The position numbers and the translations under genes were made by a program. Positions 40,401 to 52,827 of a stretch of DNA of 64,000 nucleotides are shown one piece after another. Positions within the stretch are counted from its first letter, which is position 1. Every line of letters starts with the position of its first letter. The stretch comes from Mobula hypostoma (taxonomy: Eukaryota), in the NCBI RefSeq assembly GCF_963921235.1, contig NC_086097.1, forward strand, positions 152,956,001 to 153,020,000, written 5' to 3'. The notes below the pieces were generated by a model. That model was not told the origin of the DNA, made no database searches, and worked only from the letters and a program-made list of their open reading frames with translations.

Positions 40401-41494
40401 TTTTTCCTTGTTAGAAGAGAATGCATCAATACTCCTTTAGGGATTTATGAACATCTTGTCCTATTTTGATACTTTTATTAAAATATCCATGAGAAATAAG
40501 GAGGAGGCACTGAAAATACAGCTAAAGTTGTACCAACTTGATACTTTACAGAGGGAAAGATCTTCTGCCCTCATCCCGATGGTTACTGGCAGGATTTGCC
40601 TAGATATCCTTCCAGAGCTGCTATTAGCCGAACTTGGCACCGAGGCACAGGAAACAGTGCTGCTGCATCAGTTTCAGTGACCCGGCTTTGATCTTGCCCT
40701 CTGTTGCTGCATGTGGGGAAGATTCCGTGTTCTGTCTATTACTGCATAGATGTCGCCCAGGTGACCCGACTTCCTCTCACATCCAAAAGAAATTCAGGCC
40801 AGCAAGTTGGTTGGTCACGGCAAATAACCCTCAGTGTCGCTGGCCGACAGGAGCATTTGGCTGGCATTAATAAACATGAGAGATAGAATAAGTTGGGGAG
40901 AAGTAAGGGAGCAGGGTGGGGACTGGCATTGATGAGATTGTTCTTTGATGACATTTCTCTGAATTTTCACCATGATGGAATTAAAAACGTGCAAAACATC
41001 TGACTGGAATGGGTCAAGGCCCATGGAAGTAGACAAACCAAATGGCTATTGTTGTGTTGGAAGGAATGGAGGCCATTATTTTGTGAGACCATTTTTATAG
41101 TGACCACTTTGTTAATTGTTTTTATGAACGATGGTCCTTGCTCAGAGATGACTGGATCAGAGCAATTGGAAATGAAAATAGGAAGAGCTGTCTGGCTCTG
41201 AGCTGAAGTAACTCAATCCCAGTGTCTGAGCTGAACTGGGTTAAATGAGCTGTCTCATGAAAAAGCAAAGGAATGACATCAGAGGCAAGTCTATAAATCG
41301 TCCCTCATGTTCCCTGAGAAGTGCTGGGAGCTGGGCTCCCAGTGAAAGACTAGACAGGGAGTTAGGCTGAAACAAACAAGCACTATCCAGGGGTTGAGGG
41401 ACAACAGCTATGCAGAAGCATAAGATACACTCTATTATTGTTTATAAAGGTAGATATTGTTGATTAATTAATTATTTTTTTAACTATTAATACT

Positions 41495-41667
41495 GGCGTC
41501 AAAATGGATGTTGTGACACATCTAGTGTGGTGGTCCCGTGGGTAGTGGATGCCGCTCTCACTTTCAGCCAGTACATAGCCTCTCGAACAGCAGGCCTCGT
41601 GTAGTGCCTCCTCGCTGGTGACACACAGAAAATGAACTTCTTTTGGACTCAGGCTGAACTACAGAGG
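41495..41667 (+). ncRNA. HDV-like self-cleaving ribozyme motif (probably decayed)
   Basis: P2 CCTC(G)TGTAGT 41595-41605 pairs with ACTACAGAGG 41658-41667; P3 GCC/GGT encloses L3 TCCTCGCT; P4 hairpin 41633-41651; J4/2 GG-C-TGA (C41654); P1 and P1.1 are imperfect. Confidence 0.65.
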
Positions 41668-42053
41668 ACGGGGGAGGAGGTCTGACCCCCGCTGCGTATG
41701 TAGCATGCAGGCCCACTGGTGTATGGGCATGCCCTGGTGCTCGTGTGGGTAAATAGTGTCACCACCTCGTCGGCAGTCTCATGAGAGACGAAGGTTACGA
41801 GAGTAAACCCAAACAGCAAATCCGGAGTGGAGCCCCTAACGTGGCTGGAAGCCATTGAACCTCCTTCCAAGAGCTCCTGCAGCCAAGTTGGTGTCAAACA
41901 TATTGCTTCATAAGCTCTTCGTTGGACTACACTGGTGAGGCTGAGAGGGGGATCTTGACGAATGGGCATCTCAGGATCTTCATACCTTCCGCCCAGGGCT
42001 TGTGATGATAAACATCATCACCTATTGTCCTTTGAGACAGATGGATGCCAACC
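41495..42053 (+). mobile_element. RTE-derived non-autonomous element (~560 bp) inside a Rex1 3' UTR
   Basis: gagtaaaccc...aaatccggagtggagcccctaa resembles RTE 5' UTRs; 3' end gtcctttgagacagatggatgccaacc; flanks 41445-41490 and 42054-42265 are Rex1 3' UTR. Confidence 0.65.
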
Positions 42054-42454
42054 ATTTGTTATTATTTTTTTCTTTTTGTTTTTGCACATTTTGTTGTTTT
42101 CTGCACACTGGTTGAATGCTTGAGTTGGTGTGGTCTTGCATCGATTCTATTGATTTTATTATTCTACTCTGGACTTATTGAGCATGCCCACAAGAAAATG
42201 AATCTCAGGGTTGTATGTAATGACATATACGGTATGTAGTTTAATAATGAATATACTTTGAACTTCACTAAGATGTCAGTGAGGAAATTTTTTCAGGGTT
42301 TAATGTGTAGGTATGCCTCTATCCTATCCAAGTTTGCCATCTGGGTTGACCATACAGGTATATTTCTGTAATGTATTAGAACAGAAGTTTAACACAACTA
42401 ATTGCCTTTCTGGCCTATTTCAGATCACCATTAAGAGTCAGTCCTATAGTTCAA

Positions 42455-42855
42455 TCACAAACAAGAAAACATCTACAGATACTAGAAATCCAAGCAACAC
42501 ACACAAAATGCAGGAGGAACTCAACAGGCCAGGCAGCTTCTTTGGAAAAACTTCATCAAGAACCTTCATCAGGACTGGAGGAAAAAAAGATGAGGAGTCA
42601 GAGTTAGAAGGGGGGGGGCCTCCTCATCTTTTTTTCTCCAGTCCTGATAAAAGGTCTTAGCCTGAAATATTAAACGCAAACAACGAAGGGTCTCGGCCTG
42701 AAACGTCGACTGTACCTCTTCCTATAGATGCTGCCTGGCCTGCTGCGTTCACCAGCAACTTTGATGTGTGTAGCCTGAAATATTGACTGTTTACTCTTTT
42801 TCATAGATGCTGCCTGGCCTGCTGAGTTCCTCCAGCATTTTGTGTGTGTTGTTCA
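42455..42855. mobile_element. Inverted pair of Penelope terminal repeats with a nested 99-bp Penelope end
   Basis: 42566-42598 is inverted with 42620-42650 and 42495-42538 with 42809-42851; inner insert 42672-42770 has the 14-bp TSD TAGCCTGAAATATT. Confidence 0.85.
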
Positions 42856-42939
42856 GTCTTATAGTTGATCATTTGCAGTCAAGTATTCAACAATAGAGTA
42901 AGTTCATGGCCACTTACTTACATTACCTTTTCATTCCAG

Positions 42940-43215
42940 ATCCTTTCCTCTTAATATTGTCTATCTTTCCTCTCCACTTTCAGGCTTAATGAAGGGGCTT
43001 GACCCGAAGAATTGATGCTTATTCACCTGCATAGATGCTGCCTGACCTGCTGAGTTCCTCAAGCATTTTGTGCGTCACTCTCAGGCCTGATGCTGGGTCA
43101 TGACCAGAAATATCGACAATTCCTTTCACCTGACAGACGTTGTTCAAACCATTGAGTTCCTCCAGCAGCTCGTTTCTTTTTATCTGGATTCCAGCATCTG
43201 AGGTCTCTTCCATCT
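42940..43215 (+). mobile_element. Two tandem Penelope terminal-repeat units
   Basis: Each has a decayed ctgatga...gaaa motif followed by agatgctgcc...gagttcctccagca. Confidence 0.7.
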
Positions 43216-43576
43216 ATTTTTTATTCCCAATTATTTGACTGATCAATTTTAATTCCCCCATTGCTACCATGGTATTTAAGCTCATGTCTCCAAGTCTTAG
43301 TGCACGTCTTGTAATTATTTGTACAATAATAGAACAGCTGTGCTCCAGTACTGTCAGGATAACATACATTTATTCAGACTTATCTCTTTATCTCTCGCGA
43401 ATGATCTTTCAAGGATTTTCCTTTTGTAAGAATCATCAGTCCTCTGTTCTATTTTTATAAAAGTACAGAGAGAAATAAATGTAGTGTCTTAAAAATGTCA
43501 TTAGATTTGCTGCCCAAAATTTCAAGGTAACTGTTCTTTGGTCACTGATATCAGCTAATGAAGAAAGCGAGCATAC

Positions 43577-43603
43577 TCCAGAATATCGTACTATTTTATC
43601 GCA
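43577..43603 (-). CDS. Weak candidate 27-nt microexon (CDKIVRYSG)
   Basis: cattttctag| ... GGA|gtatgc; phase 0-0; retains CpGs in unique sequence. Confidence 0.2.
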
Positions 43604-43718
43604 CTAGAAAATGAGCTATTGCTTTGCACAATCATTCTACAAGGAATGGTAGTTTTGAGAAGTGTGGATTTGCGGAGGTCATTGTGTAAGCTAAAGCAAT
43701 GCAACCTGATATAATTTA

Positions 43719-44335
43719 CACAGTGGCCACTTTATTAGGTACTTTATTAAGCCACTGAGTGTATGTACGTGTATGTTCATGGTCTTCGACTGCTGTAGCC
43801 CATCTTCTTTAAGATTTAACGTGATGTGTGTTTTGAGATGCTCTTCTGAACACTATGGTGGTAACGTGTGGTTATAGAGTTAATGACACCTTCCTCTCAG
43901 CTTGAACTATCTGACTAGTCTCCTCTGATCTCCTTCATGAACAGGGCATTTTTATCCACAGAACTGCTATTCACTGGATTTTTTTTTCTTGCACCATTCT
44001 CCGTAACTTCTAGATGTAACACATAGTTGTGTGTGAAAATCCCAGGAGATCAGCAGTCTCAAACCACCCCTTCTGGCACAAACAATCTTTCCACAGTCAA
44101 AGTCACTTAGAACACATCTCTTCCCTGTTCCGCTATTTGGTGTGACCAACAAATGAAACTCCTGTGTGTGTGTCTTGTTTTACGATGGTTGGCATCCAGC
44201 TTAATGGTGCGTTACCACCACAATGAAACTCCTGACCATGCCTGCTTGCTTTTATGCTGCTACATAATTGGCCAATTAGATATTTGTATTAATGAACAGA
44301 TGTACAGGTGTAGCTAATAAAGTGGCCACTGAATG
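43719..44335 (-). mobile_element. Tc1-family deletion derivative
   Basis: TIR cagtggccactttattaggtac / gtagctaataaagtggccactg with TA flanks; minus frame GKRCVLSDFDCGKIVCARRGGL resembles a Tc1 transposase N-terminus. Confidence 0.88.
44165..44221 (-). mobile_element. 57-bp retroposon 3'-end micro-insertion
   Basis: 13-bp TSD AATGAAACTCCTG (44152-44164, 44222-44234); (CA)n-like tail on the minus strand. Confidence 0.8.
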
Positions 44336-44859
44336 TACATGTGACACATCACAATGAGGTTTAACCAAGTATACAAATTTACAAACTGGAGTCCCAAATT
44401 TAAAGGTGGCATTTGAAGAATGAGCCGGTTAAGACTTGTCCTAACTTATCTTAATATGAAAAGAACAGAAAATTCAGGACATATTTAATTCAGCCAAGAA
44501 GGTATTTAACACTCAGAAACAAAACATAGTTAACAGGATTCCAGGATTAGAAGCGGAATCAGAATCATGTTTTATGTGACATAAAATATTTGTTTTGCAG
44601 CAGCAGTGCAGTGCAAAGACATAAAATTGCACATCTGTAATCTTTAGGAAATTACATGGAGAAATCATGAAGGATGAAAGAGAAGGAAACTAAAATTGTT
44701 ATACTAGCAAAAATAATTCAATAAAATTAGATCCGTCTTTTTAATCCACTTTTAAGTAGTAACCTGGGTTAAGATGGAGTGTTATCCTTGATTTAGATTT
44801 GAATTTTAAATTCCTATAAAGAAAGTGACCAGAGCAGCATTTCTATACTCAGACATATT

Positions 44860-46505
44860 GCAACGGTATGTCTGTATCTGTCACATAATGATGCTGAAAA
44901 ACAAATTCACGACTTCATATCAAATAGACTAGATTACCACAATGCCCTCTTTACTGGCCTTTCAAAGCCAATTATTGACAAACTTAAACTCATTCAGAAT
45001 GCCACCGCAAAACTTTTAACTAAAACCAGCGTGAGGGAGCATGGCACTCTTGTTCTAGCTACTGTGCATTGGCTTCCACTATCTTTTAGAATTGATTTTT
45101 AATTCTTGCTTGTTTTTAAAGCTCTCAATAGTCTGGGGCTGGAGCGCATCACAGAATTGCTTTCATTGCATAATCCTGCACGAGCTTTCAGGTCTTCTTC
45201 TGCCAGTCTCTTAAATTAAAACAATCTGCATCAAAATATAATTGGCAAGTCATCTTTTTTCAACTACACTCCTAAACCGTGGAACTTAATACCGAAAACT
45301 AAAAGGGATACAGACTTAGTTGACATTTTTAAATGCCAGCTCAAAACTTATTTAATTAATTATGCTCTTAACTAACATCTTTTTGACTTTTATTTTCATA
45401 CTTGCATTTTATCCCGTTGTAAAGCATTTTGAATTGAATTGAATTGACTTTATCTCCTACATCCTTCACATACATGAGGAGTAAAAATCTTTATGTTACA
45501 TCTCTGTCTAAATGTACAATGTGCAATCATAGTAATTAATAATAAATAGAACAGTCAATGTAACATAGAAATATACTCGAATCAGTATGAGTTAATCAGT
45601 CTGATGGCCTGGTGGAAGAAGCTATCCCGGAGCCTGTTGGTCCTGGCTTTTATGCTGTGGTACTGCTTCCTGGATGGTAGCAGCTGGAATAGATTGTGAT
45701 TGGGATGACTCGGGTCTCTAATGATCCTTTGGGCCCTTTTTACACACCTGTCTTTGTAAATGTCTTGAATCATGGAAGTTCACAACTACAGATGTGCTGG
45801 GCTGTGCACACCACTCTCTGCAGAATCCTGCGATTAAGGGAGGTACAGTTCCCATACAAGGCAGTAATGCAGCCAGTCAGGATGTTCTCAATTGTGCCCC
45901 TGTGGAAAGTTCTTAGGACTTGGGGGCCCATACCAAACTTTCTCAACCATCTGAGGTGAAATAGGCACTGTTGTTCCTTTTTCACCACATATCTGTTGTG
46001 TACAGACCACATGAGGTCCTGAGTGATGTGGATGCTGAGGAACTTAAAGCTGTTTATCCTCTCAGCCCCAGATCCATTGATGTCAATAGGGGTTAGCCCA
46101 TCTCCATTCATCCAGTAATCCACAACCAGCTCCTTTGTTTTTGCAACATTGAGGGAGAGGTGGCTTTCTTGACACCACTGTGTCAGAGAGATGACTTCTT
46201 CCCTGTAGGCCACCTTATTATTGTTTGAGATTAGGCCATTCAATGTAGTGTCATCAGCAAACTTAATTAGCAGATTAGAGCTGTGGGTAATGCTACAGTC
46301 ATAGGTATAAAGGGGGTAAAGGAGGGGACATAGTACACAGCCATGAGTGGCTCCTGTATTGAGAGTCAGAGGGGTGGAAGTGAGGAAGCCCACTATTACC
46401 ACCTGCCGGCAATCTGACAGAAAGTTCAGGATCTAGCTGCACAATATATAAACTATATTGTTGGTATGAAAAGTGCTCTATAAATAAGTTTATTATTATT
46501 ATTTT
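44860..46505 (+). mobile_element. L2 LINE 3' fragment split by Rex1
   Basis: DAEKQIHDFISNRLDYHNALFTGL...IQNATAKLLT...LATVHWLP; the tail resumes at ~46445 with tatgaaaagtgctctataaataag(tat)n. Confidence 0.85.
45430..46445 (-). mobile_element. Rex1/Babar LINE 3' half
   Basis: ORF 45770-46402: GATHGCVLCPLLY, IKFADDTT, LNVAKTKELVVD, TIENILTGCIT; (AATTC)n tail. Confidence 0.92.
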
Positions 46506-46816
46506 TAATCTTTCAATCAACTTCAATCAAAGTCCATTTCATTCCATTCTTTGGATTTCAAAGTCAGAGCAACTCATCAACATGGCTCATAAATTATTAA
46601 GTAAAAAAAAAATCAGAAATCATTTTGATTTCATGATTTTTATTTTTACCCTTTCTCACAATATTGTGAAAGAAGACAGAAATTTCCATTCTTTTCTCCC
46701 TTGCTATGTCCTTCTCCATTGGGCAATCTTACTTGACAAAGACATAGAAACTCACCATATCATCCTTGATGCTAACATTTCTGTGCTGACGTTGAGTTTC
46801 TCCTTTGGAAACTCAC

Positions 46817-46919
46817 TGACTCTATTTCTGCCTGTGCAACAGCTTTCAAGGCTCTAACTGGCTTTATACTTTCTGAAGGTTCAATGCTGTCAACAATTAT
46901 TTCATTTCTAATGTCACAC
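46817..46919 (-). CDS. Candidate internal exon (CDIRNEIIVDSIEPSESIKPVRALKAVAQAEIES)
   Basis: ctccag| ... TCA|gtgagt (consensus donor); phase 2 in, phase 0 out. Confidence 0.35.
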
Positions 46920-48107
46920 CTGGAGTTTCATGCATAAACCTGATCTGCCAAGTTTTCACTCTTGGAGCTATCGTCCTTTCCAAAATTAAGTTACAGACCT
47001 CTATAATGTTGCAAATTATCCAATCTAGGTATTTATCTTCTATGACCTTTTTTTGTTTTGAAGTAATCTATTCCTTCCTTATTTTGCATATTATCCAGTT
47101 TGAAAATAAAATCCGACATGTTGTTTTAACAGAAAATACTAGTGACTATGTTACTGCATAATTCCCACTATACTGGTTTTGATTTATACCTTTGAAGATC
47201 ATCTCTCAAAAAGACAAAATGCTCTCACAACAAACTTTACTGCGGAGAAATGGTAAATAACAGCTGCAAAATACAGATCCATGAAGAGATTTTAAAGATG
47301 GAATCATAATAACTACAATACAAAGGAGTTTGAACACCTAGTCCATACAAGGAATTTGTAGAGCAATCCAATTAGTTCCATACCTCTGCTCTTTTTCCAT
47401 AACCTTGATAATATTTTACTTTGAAATATTTATCTATTTCTATTCTGAAAAAAAAACATAACTGGATGTGTATCTACTCGACTTGCAGGCTGTTCATTAT
47501 ATTTAACTGCAAAATATTTTCTCATCACATCCTTCTGCACCTTTAGCTAATCACTTGAGTTCTGCGATTGCAACTTTGTTTTCTTCTTATTTGGGAATAT
47601 TACATCCACTTATGTGCATGGTACATTTCCTCTGGCTGTATGTTAATTGTTAAGATTTATCATTAGTCATACTGTAAATGCAAGGCAAAATAAAATAGTC
47701 TTCAATATCATTGTGTTAAAGTAGTTTATCAACATCCAACTTTTCAAAAATTAACCTATATTATGCAAATCAATACCATTTCTTCCTCAACAAAACACCA
47801 CTGTCTGTTTCAGTTTCCTAAATCAAAGGTATGTTTCTGAATTTGTTAAGAAAAGATGAGAGCTTGAAGCAGGTCATGGTTCTAATGGTGGCAGCAAGTG
47901 TGGACTGAAAAAAAAATTGTCCAAAGCTGATTCTTAATCCATCCTCTGGAATCTTGATCATAAGTCAGTTAGCTACATAATCCAGACAGTACTGGGATGT
48001 CTTCTAAATAAAGACCATGTACTTAAAGGCATTATTGCAAGTTCAAGGCACAAAATGGGACTGATATAGTTCAGAATAGATCTATATCAAGATCGTCTGA
48101 TTTTAGT

Positions 48108-50300
48108 GACCATAACAGATAGGAGCACAATTGGGCTATTTGGCCCTATTGCATCTGCTCCAATGTGTCATCATGGCTGATCCAGTTTCCTGCCTTCTCC
48201 CCGTTACCTTAAGTGCCATGACTAATCAAGAACCTATCAACCTCTGCCTGAAATATACCCAATAACCTGGCCTCCACAGCCATCTGCGGTAATGAATTCC
48301 ACAGAGTCACTGTCCTCTGGCTAAAGAAATTCCTCCTCAACTCCAATCTAAATGGACATTCCTCTATTCTAAGGTTGCATCTTCTGGTGCTAGACATCCC
48401 CACAATAGGAAACGTGCTGTCCACATCCACTCCATCTAGGCTTTCAACATTCGGTTGATTTCAATGTGATTCCTAACTCATTCATCTAAATTCCAGTGAA
48501 TACAGGCCTGGGGCCATCAAAATCTTCTCATACAGTAACCCTTTCATTCTCAAAATCGTTCCTCTTCCAAAACCTTTCCAATATCAGAACATTCTTTCTT
48601 AGATAAGGAGCCCAAAACTACTCACAAATCTGCAAGTGAGGCCTCAACCAGTGCCTTATAAAGCCTCAACATTATATCCTTGTTTTTATATTATAGTCCT
48701 CTCAAAATGAATGCTAATATTGTATTTGCTCTCTTCACCACCAGCTCAATCTGCAAGTTAACCTTTAGAGAATTCTGAACGTGGACTCCCAAATCCCTTT
48801 GCGCCTCAGATTGTTGAATTTCCTGTTAGAAAATAGTCCACACTTTTGTACCTTCTACCAAAGTGCATGACCATACACTTCCCAACAGTGTATTCCATTT
48901 TCCACTTCTTTGTCTATTCTCCTAATATGTCCAAATCCTTCTACAGCCTCCCTGTTTCCTTAATACCACTTACCCCTCCATCTACCTTTGTATCATTTAC
49001 AAATGTAGCCACAAATCCCTCAATTCCATTAGTCAAATCATTGACATATTACTTAAAAGGAAGTGGTCCCAAACCCAACTCCCACGAAAAATCATAGTCA
49101 CTGCCAGCCAACCAGAAGATGCTCCCTTTATTCCCCCTCTTTGGCCTCCTGCCAATCAGAGAATCCTCTCCATGCTAGATTATCTCCTGTAATATTATGG
49201 GCTCTTATCTGGTTAAGCAGCCTCATGTGTGGCACCTTGTCAAAGGCCTTCTGAAAATCCACTGCTTCTCCTTTGTCTATCCTGCTTGTTATTTCCTCAA
49301 AGAATTCCAACAGATTTGTCAGGCAAGATTTTCCCATAAGGAAACCATGTGGACTTTGACCTATTTTATCATGTGCCTCTAAGAACCCTGCGATCTCATC
49401 CTTAGCGTTTAACTCCAACGTTTTCCCAACCACAGAGGTCAGGCTAACTGGTGAGTAATTTCCTTTCTTCTGCCTCCCTCCTTTCTTGAAGGGTGGAGTG
49501 ACATTTGTACGAGGGGTGATTGATAAGTTTGTGGCTTAAAGTAGAAGGAGTCAATTGGCGTCTTGGCCTAAGTAGATGGAGATGAGTTATATAGCTCTCG
49601 TTACATGCACATGCAGTTCAACTCCTTGAGTGATTATACAGAAAGTTTGAAGTTAACAAATCATTTCCTTCTACCTTAGGCCACAAACTTATCAATCACC
49701 CCTGCTGTGGACCACTTTCTGGAGGTCCATGATGCCGACTTCTACAAAGAAGGGATCCGTATGCTCCACGACCGTTGGACTAAGTGTGTAAATGTAGGAG
49801 GGGACTATGTTGAAATAAATGTGCTAGGTTTTCTAAAATTGACTCCTTCTACCTTCCGCCACGAACTTATCAATCGCCCCTCATAACTTTCCAGTCCTCC
49901 AGAAGTCTTGAAAGATCATTACTAATGCCTCCACAATTTCATCAGCTGTCTTTCAGAATCCTGAGATGTAGCCCATCTGGTCCACCTTATCTACCTTCAG
50001 ACCTTTCAGATTCCCAAGCATCTTCTCCCAAGTAATAGCAATTGCACTCACTTCTGCCCCCTGACACTCTTAAAAGCCTGGCATACAGCTAGTGTCTTCC
50101 ACAGGAAAGATGGACACGAAATACTTATATAGTTCATCTGCCATTTCCTTGTATCCCATTACTACCTCTCCAGAATCATTTTCTAGTGCTCCGATATCTA
50201 CTCTTGTCTTTTTTTTAACTCTTTAAATAGCTGAAAAAAACTGTTGGGATCCTCTTTGATATTGTTGGCTAGTGTGCCTTCATATTTAATCTTTTTCCTG
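48108..50300 (-). mobile_element. CR1 LINE RT region, decayed, hosting a mariner MITE
   Basis: HGFLMGKSCLTNLLEFFEE...DFQKAFDKVPH; RRNFFSQRTVTLWNSLP; tail gaccataacagataggagc. Confidence 0.9.
49510..49883 (+). mobile_element. Mariner-derived MITE (374 bp)
   Basis: ~47-bp TIRs cgaggggtgattgataagttt...; TA TSD (49508-9, 49884-5); 49704-49814 encodes AVDHFLEVHDADFYKEGIRMLHDRWTKCVNVGGDYVE, a mariner transposase C-terminus. Confidence 0.92.
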
Positions 50301-50774
50301 ACTAATCAAGAACCCATCAACTTCCTCCTTAAATACACCCAATGAGCTGATCTCCATAGATAACCATGGCAACAAATTCCATGGATTCACCACCCTCTGG
50401 CTAAAGATACTGCAGTGAATGACAATCAGCCATTTTCCAACATTTCCTTATGACTGAGACTGTGATGCTATGCCCCATTATTTTTCCCTGTAGTCTATTC
50501 CCTTCACATTACACAGAACATAGAACAGGACAGTGCTGGGACAGGCCCTTTGGTCCGCTGTGTTTCTGCCAACTATGATGCCAAATTAAACTAAATCTAT
50601 CTGCTTCTACATTCCCTGTCTGCTTATGTGCCTCTCTGATGCCTGTTAAGTGCCACTATCACCTCGCTTCTGCCACCACCCATGGAACATATCCCAGACA
50701 TCTAGCGAAACTCTTTCTTTCTCACCTTAGCACTATACCTCTAGTACCGGACATTTCTCCCAGGAAATAGACTC

Positions 50775-50995
50775 AGTTTGTCTACACGTGGGGTCAATTT
50801 ACAGTGGCCAATTAGCCTGCCTACTTGCAAATCTTTGCAATATGAAAGAAAACCAGAATACCTTGGGGAAAACCCATGTGGACGTGGGAAGAATGTGCAA
50901 ATTCCAGGCAGACAGCGCCCAGAGTCAGAATCGAACTCATGTCGCTGGAGCTGTGAGCCATCTGCTCTACTAACTGTGAAACAGCACTGGCTTAT
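50775..50995 (-). mobile_element. V-SINE
   Basis: ccaattagcc...aaaccagaataccttggggaaaacccatgtg...agaatcgaactc (reverse box B). Confidence 0.75.
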
Positions 50996-51164
50996 CTGAG
51001 GTAATAAGGATAAAATATCCTACTGCTAAAATAAGAAAGTATGATTCACAAGTTAGATAAAAACATGATCCAACTCATTTTCTTTAATGACCTGGTAGCC
51101 AGATGATACATTGATTATGCAGTTGTTGATAATTTATGACATACAGTCACTATCAATTTGACTA

Positions 51165-51445
51165 CAATTTTTTCCAAAATATACTTTATTCATAAAATAT
51201 ACAGCAAGTACAATTGGAACATGTCTTTCTCTACATTAATTTTAATGTCAGTTCAATGCATCCTTTTACAATGTATCAATGCAGCTTAAGCTTCCTCCTT
51301 AAACAAAGCAGCTGTGAAACCTTTGGAAGATCACAGAGGCTGAGCTCTCTGGTGGCATGGGACCTTAGACTGTGGTCCTTCCACACAGAGGCTTGGCAGT
51401 GACTGCATCAAGCTTCAGTGCATTCCTCAGCACATACTTCAGTGC
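51165..51445 (-). mobile_element. Tx1-like LINE 3' end
   Basis: Minus frame LKYVLRNALKLDAVTAKPLCGRTTV-stop, followed by AATAAA and an A-rich tail. Confidence 0.6.
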
Positions 51446-51721
51446 CTTCGCATTCATTGTTGGACATTACTTCCACCAGTTGGATTACTAGATATTCACA
51501 CATGCCACAAGGGGACCACAATGGTAGAATATTTTGGAAACCTTTCTTCCCAAGTCACCATTGCCACGTGTAAGGAAATAGAAATGTTAACAGTTACTGT
51601 GTGGGCAATCGCTGTTGTTAATTGGCTTCAAATATTTTCAGAAATAGTATTTTGCACAAAAACACTATGCTGAATATTTCTAAATTGTGATATACTATTT
51701 CCTCCAAACTAATTATTTTTG

Positions 51722-51912
51722 TTTATTTTACTTAGAGATACAGCATAGTAACAGACTCTTCTAGCTCAAAGAACCTGCGCAGCTCAGTTATACCCATGTG
51801 ACCAATTAACCTACTAACAAGTATGTCTTTGGGATCTGGGAGGAAACCGAAGCATGCAGAGGTTACCCACATGGCCACAGACAGAACATACAAATTCATT
51901 ACGGACAGCAAT
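51722..51912 (-). mobile_element. V-SINE 3' part
   Basis: accaattaacctactaacaagtatgtctttgg...gggaggaaaccgaagcatgcagagg. Confidence 0.75.
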
Positions 51913-52827
51913 AAAATTGTATGTTTCCTACATTTATAAAAACGAACTGCACACAATCCATGTAAATCAAAATGTACTAATGGCTAAGCAAGATAATAAC
52001 CTGGGAATATTTGCAAGCAGTAGAAGGGTCACAGTGCTGAATCCAATTGAGCTTGGAGTAACTAATTGACACATGTGTAAGCAAGCTCCTTTCATGACTG
52101 GAGATCATTTCCTGGGTGATAATTGGTTACAGTCCCAAGTACTGAATATTTTTCACACTGTCATCATGTCATAGTTAGTAGAAAGATATTTGTTCACAAT
52201 GATGTCAGACTAAGAGTAATATTTTTCAGTGCTGGTTTTCTGTAGTTTGCCTTTGTGGAAGACCCCAACAAAATTCATCTGTAAATACTGTACACTTCAT
52301 TCTGCTCTCTTATTGTTTTTACTTTGTGCTACCTCAGTGCTCTCTTGTAATAAATTGATTTGTATAAATGATTTGCAAGTCATGTTTTCCACTGTACCTT
52401 AATATATGTGACAATAATACCACAATTTACCAAAGTTCCATGAATACTTAAATTAAACATACTTAAATACAGGAGAGTATTATGGATTCTAGAGTACATT
52501 GGAAACACCAGTAGCATTGAGACCTCGATGTTGTGAGTCTCATCAGGACTAGCTGCTTATGCTTTAAAGTGTAGATGGTGATCCTGTCTGGCTCATGTTA
52601 GGTGTGTACAATATTATTCAATGGTTCTTCCAATACCAACTAACATTAAGGTTAGGGAGAACAAGCTACTGAAATCTGACATCACACTGGAGGAGCAGCA
52701 GATATAATGTAGTGTAAGTCTTCATCTGTCAGAACATAGCTCAGAATATTTATTCCTGCTGGTAGCTACACAATAATTGTATAATTCTCCGACTAAGTAA
52801 ATTGGAAATTAGTCTGATATTTCTTAC

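Noticed and set aside
41755..41830. Second HDV-like core (cacc-acctcgtc-ggc)
   Set aside because: The L3-like loop is present, but I found no matching P2 3' strand or J4/2.
47241..47817. Minus-strand exon candidates 47777-47817 (41 nt) and 47241-47263 (23 nt)
   Set aside because: The splice signals are reasonable but the phases do not fit the chain without further unseen exons; left unassigned.
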